64,000 nt of DNA from an uncultured Candidatus Rokubacteria bacterium (lineage in GTDB: Bacteria > Methylomirabilota > Methylomirabilia > Rokubacteriales > CSP1-6), in assembly GCA_963754315.1 (NCBI GenBank), contig CAVWFS010000019.1, forward strand, positions 32,001-96,000, read 5' to 3'. Under the pieces are notes generated by a model that made no database searches, was not told the DNA's origin, and saw nothing but the letters and a program-made list of their open reading frames with translations. Made by a program: the position numbers and the translations under genes. Positions 18,807 to 29,120 of the stretch are shown here, in pieces (positions within the stretch are counted from its first letter, which is position 1; each line of letters begins with the position of its first letter).

Positions 18807-19672
18807 TGGCCAGAGGCCGCGTGCTGACACGATGGCTCTTGACCATCGCGATTCTGTTGATCCTGACCTCCGCCTGTAGCGTGGCTGAGAGCCCTGGACT
18901 CAGCAGCCCCAGCGTGCCCTTCGTCGCCACCCCACCCGACGTCGTCATCGAGATGCTCAAGCTGGCCAGCATCACGGGCAACGATCTCGTCTACGACCTG
19001 GGCTCCGGTGATGGACGCCTCGCCATCGCCGCCGCCACCCTGTTCGGAGCCCGCGCGGTCGGCGTCGAGATCGACGCCCACCTCGTTCAGGAGAGCCGCG
19101 AGGCAGCGGCCAGGGCGGGAGTCGGCGATCGCGTCACATTCATCTGGGGCGATCTGTTCAAAACCGACCTCCGGCCCGCGACGGCCGTGATGCTCTACCT
19201 GCTACCCGAGATCAATCTGAGGCTTCGTCCGAAGCTCCTGGCCGAGCTGAGGCCCGGGACATCCGTCGTCTCTCACAACTTTGACATGGGGGAGTGGATT
19301 CCGGATCGCTCCGTGCGCGTCTTCGTGAGCGGCGGTTCTCAGAGGGTCAACCTCTGGATTGTCCCCGCGCGGGTGCAAGGAGCGTGGTCCCTCAGGGTCA
19401 CCTTCGCGGACGGCGAGGCCACGGCCACAGCCGTGCTCGAGCAGAATTACCAGCGTTTCGGCGGAATCGTGAGCACGGCTGCGGGCCCGTCCCCCATCGT
19501 GGAGACCATGCTCAGCGGTGAGATCATTGCCTTTTCGACGACCATCGCCATGAAGCCCAGCTCACGTTCGATCCGATTCCGAGGACGCGTGCGCGGCGAC
19601 ACCATGGAGGGCACCGCCGAGGTAACGGGCGGCCTTGCCATCGACCCCGGCCGCTGGGTGGCGACCAGATAA
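18806..19672 (+). CDS. Class I SAM-dependent methyltransferase, predicted lipoprotein
   Basis: Lipobox LTSAC, VPFVATP, YDLGSGDGR, GVEID, VVSHNF. Confidence 0.85.
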   Translation: MARGRVLTRWLLTIAILLILTSACSVAESPGLSSPSVPFVATPPDVVIEMLKLASITGNDLVYDLGSGDGRLAIAAATLFGARAVGVEIDAHLVQESREAAARAGVGDRVTFIWGDLFKTDLRPATAVMLYLLPEINLRLRPKLLAELRPGTSVVSHNFDMGEWIPDRSVRVFVSGGSQRVNLWIVPARVQGAWSLRVTFADGEATATAVLEQNYQRFGGIVSTAAGPSPIVETMLSGEIIAFSTTIAMKPSSRSIRFRGRVRGDTMEGTAEVTGGLAIDPGRWVATR

Positions 19673-19913
19673 TGGGGGGCCCCGAAATGGCCCCCCATAC
19701 CCCCCCGCGCTCGGGGATGCCCCGGGCAACCCGGGGCACCCCTCGATCACACGCCAGCTTCGCGGCCCCCATGGCCCCCCATACCCCCGCGCTCGGGATG
19801 CCCCGGCAACCCGGGCACCCCTCGATCACACGCCAGCTTCGGGCCCCGATGGCCCCCCGACCCCCCGCGCTCGGGATGCCCGGGCGGCACCCCTCGATCA
19901 CACGCCAGCTTCG
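19673..19913 (+). repeat. Tandem array of three double-hairpin elements (90, 79, 72 bp)
   Basis: CCCCTCGATCACACGCCAGCTTCG ends each unit; GGCCCCCC..CCCCCGCGCTCGGG repeated. Confidence 0.9.
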
Positions 19914-20272
19914 GGCACGCGCGCGCGATTTTCGAGCCAGACGCGCCACTGATCGGGAGCGTGCCCGATCGAGAGCTGGTTGCCATTGCGGACCAAGGGG
20001 GTGCGCAGCAAACGCGGTTCGGTCGCGGCACGATCGAGCAGGCGCTCGGGAGAATCGCCGGCCACGTGGAGCCCTAGAGCCCGGAAGCGTGGCCCCTCGC
20101 GGTTGATGAGAGCCGAAGCTCCAAAGCGCTCCTTGAACCGCCTGAGCTCGCCCGGGGACGCGGGTCGCTCATCGAGATCGACGAAGTGGACCGCGATCCG
20201 ACGCTCGGAGAAGAAGCGCTGCGCCTTACGGGTGTCCTGATCGCCACGGAAGCCGAAGATCTGGACGGTCAC
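19898..20272 (-). CDS. ArsC/Spx-like family protein
   Basis: VQIFG...DTRKAQRFF.ERR, PRLLRTPLVR; GTG overlaps PHP stop. Confidence 0.75.
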   Translation of the reverse strand: MTVQIFGFRGDQDTRKAQRFFSERRIAVHFVDLDERPASPGELRRFKERFGASALINREGPRFRALGLHVAGDSPERLLDRAATEPRLLRTPLVRNGNQLSIGHAPDQWRVWLENRARVPEAGV

Positions 20273-21102
20273 GCCGCACGAACCATGCGCTCCTGTAGGG
20301 CTTCCCATGACCCTATCGGCACCGCCGGCGTCCCGGGTGGGTTCAAACGCCCCGTGTGGATCCCGTGGAAATCGGAGCCACCCGTCGGCACCAGGCCATG
20401 GCCGCGACACCACTCGAGGTAGGTCGCGAGCTGCCCCGCAGAATGCTCGGCGTAGTAACACTCGATCCCCATGAGACCAGCGGCGATCAGCTCGGGAATG
20501 AGCTCATCCTTTCCTCCTACCCCCGGATGCGCGAGGACAGGAACTCCCCTCGCTTTCAGAATGATGCCGACTGCCTCCACTGGTGTCAGCCGCTTCCGCG
20601 GGACGTGAGCCGGCCCCCCGGTGCGCAAGTATCGGTCGAAGGCCTCGCGCATGGATTTCACGTACCCGCGGGCAATCATCACTTGCGCGATATGGGGACG
20701 GCCCGGTGAGCCCTCCTTGACCAGGGCGAAGACTTCGGCGGGGTCGATGGGCACTCCCAGCTCGGCCAATCGGTCGGCGATCCGTTGCACGCGGGCTGCT
20801 CGCTCGACCCGCTGTCCCCGGAGGAAATCCTGAAACCAGGCTTCCTCATGCTCCATGCCGTAGCCGAGGACGTGCACCTCCCCGCCCTCCACGTCGCAGT
20901 TGATCTCGAGACCGGGCACGATGGTCAGCCCCGGATAGGCGGCGGCGGCAGCGCGCGCCTCGGCCAGCCCGTTCGTGGTGTCGTGATCGGTGATGGCCAG
21001 GACGCGCACGCCGTGGGACCAGGCCTTCTCAACGAGAGCGCCGGGGCTGAGGGCGCCATCGGAGGCCACGGTATGGGTGTGAAGATCGACACTCCCGCTC
21101 AT
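20269..21102 (-). CDS. PHP-domain phosphoesterase (TrpH/YciV-like)
   Basis: DLHTHT..SDG, ITDHD, VHVLGY, GRPHIA, AHP, GGSDFHG. Confidence 0.9.
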   Translation of the reverse strand: MSGSVDLHTHTVASDGALSPGALVEKAWSHGVRVLAITDHDTTNGLAEARAAAAAYPGLTIVPGLEINCDVEGGEVHVLGYGMEHEEAWFQDFLRGQRVERAARVQRIADRLAELGVPIDPAEVFALVKEGSPGRPHIAQVMIARGYVKSMREAFDRYLRTGGPAHVPRKRLTPVEAVGIILKARGVPVLAHPGVGGKDELIPELIAAGLMGIECYYAEHSAGQLATYLEWCRGHGLVPTGGSDFHGIHTGRLNPPGTPAVPIGSWEALQERMVRAA

Positions 21103-22658
21103 TGCCGGTGTCCCATCAGATAGGTGAGAAGCGTGCGAACGCCGACCCCAGTCCCCCCCTTGACGGTAAGCGGTCCCTCTTTCTCGACGAAGGCAGGGCC
21201 GGCGATGTCGAAATGGGCCCACGGCACCCCCGCCGTGAATTCCTTCAGGAAAAGACCGGCGGTGATGGCACCGCCCCCGCGCGGGCCCACGTTGTTCAGG
21301 TCGGCAATCTCGGACTTGAGGTGGTCGCGGTACTCGTCGAGGAGCGGTAGCTGCCACACGTGCTCGCCGGCGGCCCTGGCGGCAGTGAGGAGCCGGTCGG
21401 TCAAGCCCTGGTGATTTGTCATCAGCCCCGAACAGAGTGGGCCGAGGGCAACCACGCACGCTCCGGTGAGGGTGGCCAGATCAATGATCTCGTCGGGCTT
21501 GATTTCCTGCACCGCGTAGCAGAGCGCGTCGGCCAACGTGAGGCGGCCCTCGGCATCCGTGTTGCCAATCTCGATGGTGGTGCCATTCATGGCGCGCAGC
21601 ACGTCCCCCGGACGAAAGGCCGTCCCCGAGGGCATGTTTTCCGTGGCCGCGATGAGACCATGCACTTCCACGCGCGGCTTGAGACTCGGAAGAGCCCGCA
21701 TGGTGGCCAGCACGGCCGCCGCTCCGGACATGTCATTTTTCATGCGCAGCATGCCATCAGCGGTCTTCAGGTCGAGCCCCCCGGCGTCGAAGGTGATGCC
21801 CTTTCCGACGATCACGATGCGCCGGGCAGGCCGTCCAGGCCCCCGATAGGTGAGATGGATGAACTTTGGAGGCTGCTGGCTACCCGCGGCCACGGCAACA
21901 AACGCCCCCATGCCGAGCTTCTCGCACTCGTCGCGATCGTAGACCCTCACACTGAGCCGCGGCCCATGTGCGATGGCTTCGGCGACTTCGGCCAGGTGCG
22001 TCGGATGGACCTCGTTGGCAGGGGCGTTGACGAGATCACGGGCGAACCAGGTGGCGCGCGCAAACGTCTGGCCCGTGCGAATACCCTCCGCCACCTCGCG
22101 CGCACCGCGGCCGTCGTCCAGGGCGATCTGCACCTGTTCCACGAATCTCTCCGACGCCTCGCGCTTGTAGCGCTCGAAGGCGTAGGTGCCGATGATGGCC
22201 CCCTCGGTGAGTGCGTGGGCGCGCTGCCGGGGGGGCAGCCGATCACCGAGCAGCTCGAGACCAACAGTCCGCGCCCCCAGATCACGCGCCCGACGGAGAC
22301 CGGCGGCGGCCGCCCGTCGAATAGTCTCGGCCGTGATCTCACGCCGTGCTCCGAGTCCCACGACCACCACGCGCGGGCTGGCTAAGCGGGCCCCCACGTG
22401 GATGTGGGTCACGGCGCCGACTTTGGCCGAGAATTTCTCGGCGTCGAGGGCGGATCGGACCAGTCCGTCCGCTCGCTGATCGAGCACCGTCAGCGCCTCC
22501 GGCATCCGCTTTTCCCCACTGGTGAGCCCGACCACCAGCGCGTCGACCGACAGGGCTGCGAGGGGCTTGCGGGCGATGGCCACCTGAAGCTGGCGCGAAC
22601 CGGGCGACCCGTCACTCCCGGCGGGGCGCGACGAGGCCTCCGCGCTCCTTTCCGTCAT
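21099..22658 (-). CDS. pepA: Leucyl aminopeptidase (M17)
   Basis: GKGITFDAGG, MKNDMSGAA, NTDAEGRL, DLATLTGA, HFDIAG. Confidence 0.93.
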   Translation of the reverse strand: MTERSAEASSRPAGSDGSPGSRQLQVAIARKPLAALSVDALVVGLTSGEKRMPEALTVLDQRADGLVRSALDAEKFSAKVGAVTHIHVGARLASPRVVVVGLGARREITAETIRRAAAAGLRRARDLGARTVGLELLGDRLPPRQRAHALTEGAIIGTYAFERYKREASERFVEQVQIALDDGRGAREVAEGIRTGQTFARATWFARDLVNAPANEVHPTHLAEVAEAIAHGPRLSVRVYDRDECEKLGMGAFVAVAAGSQQPPKFIHLTYRGPGRPARRIVIVGKGITFDAGGLDLKTADGMLRMKNDMSGAAAVLATMRALPSLKPRVEVHGLIAATENMPSGTAFRPGDVLRAMNGTTIEIGNTDAEGRLTLADALCYAVQEIKPDEIIDLATLTGACVVALGPLCSGLMTNHQGLTDRLLTAARAAGEHVWQLPLLDEYRDHLKSEIADLNNVGPRGGGAITAGLFLKEFTAGVPWAHFDIAGPAFVEKEGPLTVKGGTGVGVRTLLTYLMGHRQ

Positions 22659-23098
22659 CACGATTCTTCCTCTCTCGCTAGCGCCAGTGCTCGCTCGATC
22701 ATGTCGACCAGTCCCTCCGTAACGTCGAGTGTGTGTACGTGCTCGGCCGGGACCCACTTCACGTCCGCGGCATCCGATCCTGCGGTGACTGTGTCCGAGT
22801 CCGCGTAGGCCAGATAGTCGATGAGAACATAATGATACCGGACGCGCCCCGTCTCATCGCGGGTGATCCGGTCCACGACACCTGCGACACCGGCCAGGCG
22901 GACCTCAATTCCGCACTCCTCCACCACCTCCCGCCGCACCGCGGCCGAGGTGGTCTCACCGAGATCGACGAGACCGCCGGGAAGGCTCCACTTGCCAAAC
23001 GCCGGCGGGCGCCCGCGCTGCACGAGCAGGACTCGCCCCTCGTGCAAGACAACCGCGCCGACACCGACGCGCGGACACGGAGGATATTCGCGGGTCAC
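22658..23098 (-). CDS. Nudix hydrolase
   Basis: WSLPGGLVDLGET...AVRREVVEECG Nudix box; GSDA. Confidence 0.9.
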   Translation of the reverse strand: MTREYPPCPRVGVGAVVLHEGRVLLVQRGRPPAFGKWSLPGGLVDLGETTSAAVRREVVEECGIEVRLAGVAGVVDRITRDETGRVRYHYVLIDYLAYADSDTVTAGSDAADVKWVPAEHVHTLDVTEGLVDMIERALALAREEES

Positions 23099-23895
23099 AT
23101 CACCCCGGCCAGCCAGACATCTGACGTGTACCGGGTACGAGCCAGTTCCCCCACCCGCCCGAGCTCCTCGGGGGTGAGGCCGTCCCGCTTGAAGGTGAGA
23201 CCATGCTCGAGCTCGAAGCCGGCGGCAAGCTGCTCGGCCACCTCGGACCAGCGCGGACGGAGGCCGAGGGCGATCTCGAGAGTGGTCATCCTCTCCAGCG
23301 GATCCGGCGTCGTGGGAAATACGGCTCGCAACCTCCGCACGTCGGCGCCGAGCAGGATGGAACCGTGCTGGAGAAAGCAGGCCCCTTGGCGGCGCTGAGC
23401 GCTCCCGACGACCTTGCGCCCGCCGATCTCGATCTCGTAGCGGCCCGTCCGCGCGAAGCAGAAGGCGGGCAGAGGTCCCTCCGCGGCGGCGACTGGCACC
23501 AGTTCCGCATCAACGCCCAGTGCGTTCAACCCCCGGAGCAGAGCGTTGCCGATCCAGCGATAGGTCTCCAGCAAGTCCGAGGCTGTCTGAAGATCCTCGG
23601 TTGCCGCGCTCACGCTATAGGTCAGCTCGCGTTCAGGCCCGTCGTGGTAAATGGCGCTACCGCCGGTGGGCCGTCGGACCAGCCCCACCCCGAGGGCGCG
23701 GCAGGCGCTGATGTCGATGTCGGTGTTGAGCGGCTGGCCGTAACCGAGCGACACGGTGGGAGGCGCCCATCCGAAGAAGCGCAGGGTGGGCGGGGACGTC
23801 CCCGCCTGGCGCCCTCGCCATAGGGCCTCGTCGATGGCCATGTTGGTGGCGCCGTCGGCGGGTTCGGTCACCAAGAGCCGCCAGACCTCGCTCAC
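23095..23895 (-). CDS. Lipoate-protein ligase/octanoyltransferase (LipM-like)
   Basis: [33 protein letters not shown]; next to gcv genes. Confidence 0.88.
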   Translation of the reverse strand: MSEVWRLLVTEPADGATNMAIDEALWRGRQAGTSPPTLRFFGWAPPTVSLGYGQPLNTDIDISACRALGVGLVRRPTGGSAIYHDGPERELTYSVSAATEDLQTASDLLETYRWIGNALLRGLNALGVDAELVPVAAAEGPLPAFCFARTGRYEIEIGGRKVVGSAQRRQGACFLQHGSILLGADVRRLRAVFPTTPDPLERMTTLEIALGLRPRWSEVAEQLAAGFELEHGLTFKRDGLTPEELGRVGELARTRYTSDVWLAGVM

Positions 23896-25322
23896 GGCTT
23901 CCAGCTCAGCACTGGCTCGCGGGCGGCCCTCGTCTGGTCCAGGCGGCGGACCGGCGTCGTCAGGGGAGCCTCCTGAATCAGACTCGGATCATCCCCAGCC
24001 TCGCGGGCGATTTGGATCATCGCGTCACAGAACGCGTCGAGCGTCTGCTTGGACTCGGTCTCCGTGGGCTCGATCATCAGGGCCTCGTCCACGATGAGCG
24101 GGAAGTAGGTGGACGGCGCGTAGAACCCGAGGTCCAGTAGCCGCTTGGCAATGTCCATGGCGCTCACGCCCTGTCTCTTTTGCCGCCGGGCGGAGAGCAC
24201 GCACTCGTGCATGCAGGGGCCGGGCGCTGCCGCATCGTAGTGAGACTCGAGCCGCTTCATGATGTAGTTGGCGTTGAGGACCGCATTGTCGGAGACGAGG
24301 CGGAGCCCGTCCGCCCCCATGGTACGGATATAGGTGTAGGCGCGCACCATCATGCCGAAGTTTCCCCAGAACGCCTGGAGCTTCCCGATGGACTTCGGGC
24401 GCCGCCAGTCGAGGGTGTAGCGGGCGCCGCGCTTGGCCACCACCGGGAGGGGCAGGAAGGGTTCCAGATGCGCCTTGATCCCCACTGGCCCCGCTCCTGG
24501 CCCGCCTCCTCCGTGCGGCGTGGTGAAGGTCTTGTGGAGGTTGAAGTGACACACGTCGAAGCCGAGATCGCCAGGCCGGGTGATGCCGAGAATGGCGTTG
24601 AGATTGGCGCCGTCCATGTAGACCTGCACCCCGCTCGCATGACACATCTCGGTGATCTCCGTGACGCGCGGCTCGAACATCCCGAGCGTGTTGGGCACGG
24701 TGATCATGAAGGCGGCCACGTCAGGACCGAGATGGCGCGCGAGATCATCCACGTCAACCTCTCCGGTGCCGGTCGACTTGACCTCGACCACCTCATAGCC
24801 CGCGATCGCGGTCGATGCGGGGTTGGTGCCGTGGGCGGAGTTGGGGACCAGGACCTTGGTACGCCGCTCGCCGCGCGAGCGATGATACGCCCGGATCATG
24901 AGGATGCCAGCCAGCTCTCCTTGGGCTCCCGCCGCCGGCTGGAGCGACACCGCGTCCATCCCTGCAATCTCCGCAAGGGACGCCGCCAGCGCATGCATCA
25001 AGGCCAGCGCGCCCTGCGCAGCACCCTCTGGTGTCAGGGGATGCAGCCGGGCGAACCCGGGCAGACGGGCCATGTCCTCGTTGAGCCGCGGGTTGTACTT
25101 CATGGTGCAAGAACCCAGCGGGTAGAAGTGGGTGTCGAGGCCGTAGTTGAGGCGCGAGAGGCGTGAGTAGTGGCGCACCACGTCGAACTCGGAGACTTCC
25201 GGGAGGGCGGGCGCCTCCGAGCGCAGATATTGGGAAGGTAGCAAGGCGCGTGGGTCGGCCACCGGCACGTCGCACTCGGGCAGCGAGTAGCCGACACGCC
25301 CAGGCGAGGAGATCTCGAACAC
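23892..25322 (-). CDS. gcvPB: Glycine dehydrogenase subunit 2 (true start may be ~25359)
   Basis: [44 protein letters not shown]. Confidence 0.92.
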   Translation of the reverse strand: MFEISSPGRVGYSLPECDVPVADPRALLPSQYLRSEAPALPEVSEFDVVRHYSRLSRLNYGLDTHFYPLGSCTMKYNPRLNEDMARLPGFARLHPLTPEGAAQGALALMHALAASLAEIAGMDAVSLQPAAGAQGELAGILMIRAYHRSRGERRTKVLVPNSAHGTNPASTAIAGYEVVEVKSTGTGEVDVDDLARHLGPDVAAFMITVPNTLGMFEPRVTEITEMCHASGVQVYMDGANLNAILGITRPGDLGFDVCHFNLHKTFTTPHGGGGPGAGPVGIKAHLEPFLPLPVVAKRGARYTLDWRRPKSIGKLQAFWGNFGMMVRAYTYIRTMGADGLRLVSDNAVLNANYIMKRLESHYDAAAPGPCMHECVLSARRQKRQGVSAMDIAKRLLDLGFYAPSTYFPLIVDEALMIEPTETESKQTLDAFCDAMIQIAREAGDDPSLIQEAPLTTPVRRLDQTRAAREPVLSWKP

Positions 25323-25355
25323 GAGCTGGTCGTACGACGGCGGCCGCCACCCGGC

Positions 25356-26704
25356 TCACGACCCCACTGCTCCGGCGAGGGCCATCGCGAAGCGGTCGAT
25401 CTCGGCGCGCGACCGTTTCTCGGTCACCGCCACCAGAAGGCAATCCCTCAGCCGCCTCTCGAAGCTCCCCAAGGGCACGCCGGCCATGATGCGATCCTTG
25501 GCCAGGCGCCTCACCACCCGCGGAGGCGATTTCGGCAGGGTGAGGACGAATTCTTTGAAGAACGGGCGCCGGAAACCGCAAGGCGACTCCAGGAATCTGC
25601 GTCAGGCGTTCGGCGGCGTAGTGCGCCTTGGCTGTCGACAGCTCGCCCACTTTCGTCAACCCTCGCTTGCCGAGGAGCGCGAGGTAGATGGTGGCCATCA
25701 GCGCGCACAGGGCCACGTTCGTGCAGATGTTCGACGTGGCCTTGGCGCGGCGGATGTGCTGCTCACGCGTCTGCAGGGTCAGCACGAAGCCTCGCCGACC
25801 ATCGGCGTCCACGGTGGCGCCCACCAGCCGCCCTGGCATCCGCCGAACCAGTTCCTGCTTGGCAGCGAACACACCGAGGTTGGGTCCGCCATATGACATT
25901 GGGACACCAAGCCCCTGCCCCTCGCCCACAAAGATGTCGGCGCCCAAACGGCCGGGAGCCTCGAGCACGCCGAGGTTCACGGGATCGGAGGCCACCACGA
26001 GCAGGGCTCCGGCCGCGTGGGCGATCTCGCCGGCCGCCCGGATGTCCTCGAGGCAACCGTAGAAGTTCGGCGACTGGATGACCAGGGCCGCTGTCTTCGC
26101 CCCGACCAGGGCGCGCGCTGCCTCCAGGTCCGTGGTGCCCTCCGGGGCCGGCGCGTCACGCAGGCGGAGGTCGGGCCCTGCGCAGTAGGTCGCCATGACC
26201 CGCCGCGCGAACGGATGAACCCCGCCGGCCACCACGATCTCGGAGCGCGACGTGGCAGCGTGCGCCATCAGTGCCGCTTCCGCCAAGGACGAGGCCCCGT
26301 CGTAGATCGAAGCATTGGCCACGTCCATGCCGCTGAGCTCGGCGATCATGGTTTGGTACTCAAAGATCGTCCGCAAGCGTTCCCTGGCTGGCCTCGGGCT
26401 GATAGGGCGTGTAAGCCGTGAAAAACTCGCCGCGCGAGACGAGATGGTTGATGGGGCTGGGGACGTAATGATCGTAGGAGCCAGCCCCGAGAAAGCAGCT
26501 ATAGGCGTCGGCGTCGGCGTTCTGATCAGCCAGGTCACGCAAATGGTGGACGAGGTCGGTCTCGGCGAGCGCGGGGGCGAGGGCCAACGGTCCCTCCAGG
26601 CGCGCCTTGGGGGGTATGCCCACCAGCAGATCCTCGATGGAGCGGGCGCCGATGACGTCGAGCATGAGCCGCTGCTCGTCGCGAGTGTTCGCGATGTAAC
26701 GCAT
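25356..26704 (-). CDS. gcvPA: Glycine dehydrogenase subunit 1, apparent frameshifts near 26375 and 25565
   Basis: FLGAG.Y.H, AYTPYQPEASQG | FEYQTMI..NASIYDG..REQHIRR.KATSNICTN | FFKEFV..VAVTE, spread over three frames. Confidence 0.85.
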
Positions 26705-26707
26705 GGC

Positions 26708-27100
26708 CTAGTGCCCGGCCTGAGCGATGAGCGCCTCGTATTGCTCGGCGCCGAGAAGTTCGGCCACCTCGGGGGCATTGGCGAGGGCGATGACGATCAT
26801 CCAGCCGCGGCCATACGGGTCCTGATTGACCAGCTCCGGCGCGTTGACCAGCTCTGCGTTGATCTCAACGACCTTGCCCGACAGTGGTGCGAAGAGATCG
26901 GACACGGCCTTGACGGACTCCACCACGCCGAACCCCTTGTGCTGGGTGACCGTGGCCCCCACCTTGGGCAGCTCAACGAAGACCACGTCACCGAGTTGCT
27001 CCTGCGCGTAGGCGGTGATCCCTATCCGGGCCCGATCACCCTCGATCTTCGCCCACTCGTGCTCCTTCGTGTACTTCAGATCTGATGGAACGTTGGCCAT
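26708..27100 (-). CDS. gcvH: Glycine cleavage H protein
   Basis: YTKEHEW, GITAYAQEQLGDVVFV, VESVKAVSD (lipoyl Lys). Confidence 0.95.
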   Translation of the reverse strand: MANVPSDLKYTKEHEWAKIEGDRARIGITAYAQEQLGDVVFVELPKVGATVTQHKGFGVVESVKAVSDLFAPLSGKVVEINAELVNAPELVNQDPYGRGWMIVIALANAPEVAELLGAEQYEALIAQAGH

Positions 27101-27209
27101 GGATCTTCCTATTGTCGCGACGGCCCGGCGGCCGGCTTGAAGCGTGGGTGGCCTCTTCGAGGTGCGCGTGGTTGCGTACCCCTCACCGATTCATTGAAAG
27201 AGGACAGGG

Positions 27210-28304
27210 TCACTTCTTAACTCGGGAGGCGTAGAACGGGGTGCGGACGATGTGGGCGGCCTTGACTTGCCCCCGGACCTCCACGCCGAGGTCGGTACCG
27301 AGGCCCGCATGCGTGACCGCCACGTAGGCCATCGCGATGTACTTGTCCACGGATGGCCCATAGGAGCCCGAGGTGACGACCCCGAGGCGGGCCTCGTCCT
27401 TGAGGACGGGGTAGCCGTGCCGAGGCACGGCTCGCTCGGTCATCTCGAGGCCGACCAGCTTGCGTGTCGGGCCCTGCGCTCGCACTCGTTCCAGGGCAGC
27501 CCGACCCACGAACTCTCCCTTGCCGAGCTTCACGACCCAGCCGAGTCCAGCTTCCAGTGGGTTCGTCGTCTCGTCGATGTCATTGCCATAGAGCGCATAC
27601 TTCATCTCGAGCCGGAGCGTGTCGCGGGCCCCCAGGCCCACCATGGTCACCCCGTCACGGACGCCCTCGTTGACGAGATTGCTCCACAGCTTCTCGGCGT
27701 CGAGAGCGGCCACGTACAGCTCGAAGCCGTCTTCGCCCGTGTATCCGGTGCGCGAGACCAGCGCCGGCGCCCCAGCCACCGTGCGTCGTGCGAACCGGTA
27801 GTACCCGATCGGCGTGATGTCGCCGTCGGCCAGCCGCCCTACGAGCGCTTCCGCGCGCGGGCCCTGCACGGCGATGAGCGCGGTCTCATCCGAAATGTTG
27901 CGCCAGCGAGCCCCGCCCCCGTGTTCCCTCACCCAGGCCCAGTCCTTATCGATGTTGCCCGCGTTGACGGTGACCATGAAGCGATCGACCGCCAGCCGAT
28001 ACACCGTGCAATCATCCACGATGCCGCCGTCGGGATAACACAGAACCGAGTACTGCACCTGCCCCTCGGCCAGGGCGCCCACGTCATTGGTGGTGAGCCC
28101 TTGGAGGGCGGCCAACGCCGCCGGACCCTCCACTTCGAATTCACCCATGTGACTGACATCGAAGAGGCCCACCGCCGCGCGTGTGGCCCGATGTTCCTCG
28201 ATGATGCCGGTGTACTGCACGGGCATCTCCCACCCTGCGAACGGGACCATGCGCGCCCCCGCCTTGAGGTGGGCGGCATACAGGGGCGTGCGCTTGAGGG
28301 TCAC
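27210..28304 (-). CDS. gcvT: Glycine cleavage aminomethyltransferase T
   Basis: [40 protein letters not shown]. Confidence 0.95.
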   Translation of the reverse strand: MTLKRTPLYAAHLKAGARMVPFAGWEMPVQYTGIIEEHRATRAAVGLFDVSHMGEFEVEGPAALAALQGLTTNDVGALAEGQVQYSVLCYPDGGIVDDCTVYRLAVDRFMVTVNAGNIDKDWAWVREHGGGARWRNISDETALIAVQGPRAEALVGRLADGDITPIGYYRFARRTVAGAPALVSRTGYTGEDGFELYVAALDAEKLWSNLVNEGVRDGVTMVGLGARDTLRLEMKYALYGNDIDETTNPLEAGLGWVVKLGKGEFVGRAALERVRAQGPTRKLVGLEMTERAVPRHGYPVLKDEARLGVVTSGSYGPSVDKYIAMAYVAVTHAGLGTDLGVEVRGQVKAAHIVRTPFYASRVKK

Positions 28305-28319
28305 CGGACGTCCTCGGTC

Positions 28320-29117
28320 TCAGGCAGCGGGAAGCCAGTCGCGCAGTGCCTTCACCTGGCAGTGGGCTTTCTCCAGCGCCTCGCGCACGGTCCGGACGAT
28401 TTTTTCCGCACCCGGCGTATCCCCATGGCAGCAGATCGACTGCACGTTGATGTCGATGGTCACGCCGTCGATGGTCTTGACCTTACCCTCCACCGCCATT
28501 CGAACTGCCTGCTCGGCGGCTTGCGCCGGATCGGTGATGAGCGAACGGGGAATCTTCCGCGAGACGAGCCGGCACTCGACGTCGTAGGCGCGATCGGCAA
28601 ATCCTTCGGACACCACGCGCACACCCATCTTCCGACAGGCGCGATCGTACTTTCCGGTGGCCATCGCCATCAGGATCAGATTCGTCCCGCCCGATTCGAG
28701 GGTGGCCTCGCCGGCCGCGACTGCCAGCGCCTCGTCCCTCTCCATCATGTTGTAGAGGATGCCGTGCGGCTTCATGTGTTGCAGGTCGCCACCAGCAACC
28801 CGGACGAATTCGCGCAGGGCGCCCGTCTGGTAGCAGAGGTAGTCCTTCACCTCCTGGGGGGTCACGTCCATCACCCGACGGCCAAACCCCATGAGGTCGG
28901 GCAAGCTCGGGTGAGCGCCCACCGCCACGTTGTGTCGCATGGCGAGAGCCACCGTCGCGCGCATCACATGGGGATCGCCGCCGTGATAGCCGCACGCCAC
29001 GTTGGCCGAGGTGATGTACGGCATAATTTCCTCGTCGGCGCCGAGCTTCCAGCGGCCGTAGCTCTCGCCCATGTCGCAGTTGAGATCGATGTACTTGGTC
29101 CCTGCCATGGTGGTCAC
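28320..29117 (-). CDS. pxpA: 5-oxoprolinase subunit A (LamB/YcsF)
   Basis: [45 protein letters not shown]. Confidence 0.9.
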   Translation of the reverse strand: MTTMAGTKYIDLNCDMGESYGRWKLGADEEIMPYITSANVACGYHGGDPHVMRATVALAMRHNVAVGAHPSLPDLMGFGRRVMDVTPQEVKDYLCYQTGALREFVRVAGGDLQHMKPHGILYNMMERDEALAVAAGEATLESGGTNLILMAMATGKYDRACRKMGVRVVSEGFADRAYDVECRLVSRKIPRSLITDPAQAAEQAVRMAVEGKVKTIDGVTIDINVQSICCHGDTPGAEKIVRTVREALEKAHCQVKALRDWLPAA

Positions 29118-29120
29118 TCC

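Noticed and set aside
19672..20106. Repeat-derived ORF as a real gene
   Set aside because: Low-complexity translation of the array and antisense to the ArsC-like gene; no independent support
27101..27209. Glycine riboswitch or 6S RNA
   Set aside because: No GGAGA/CCGAAG/CUCUCAGG on the gcv sense strand; too short for 6S
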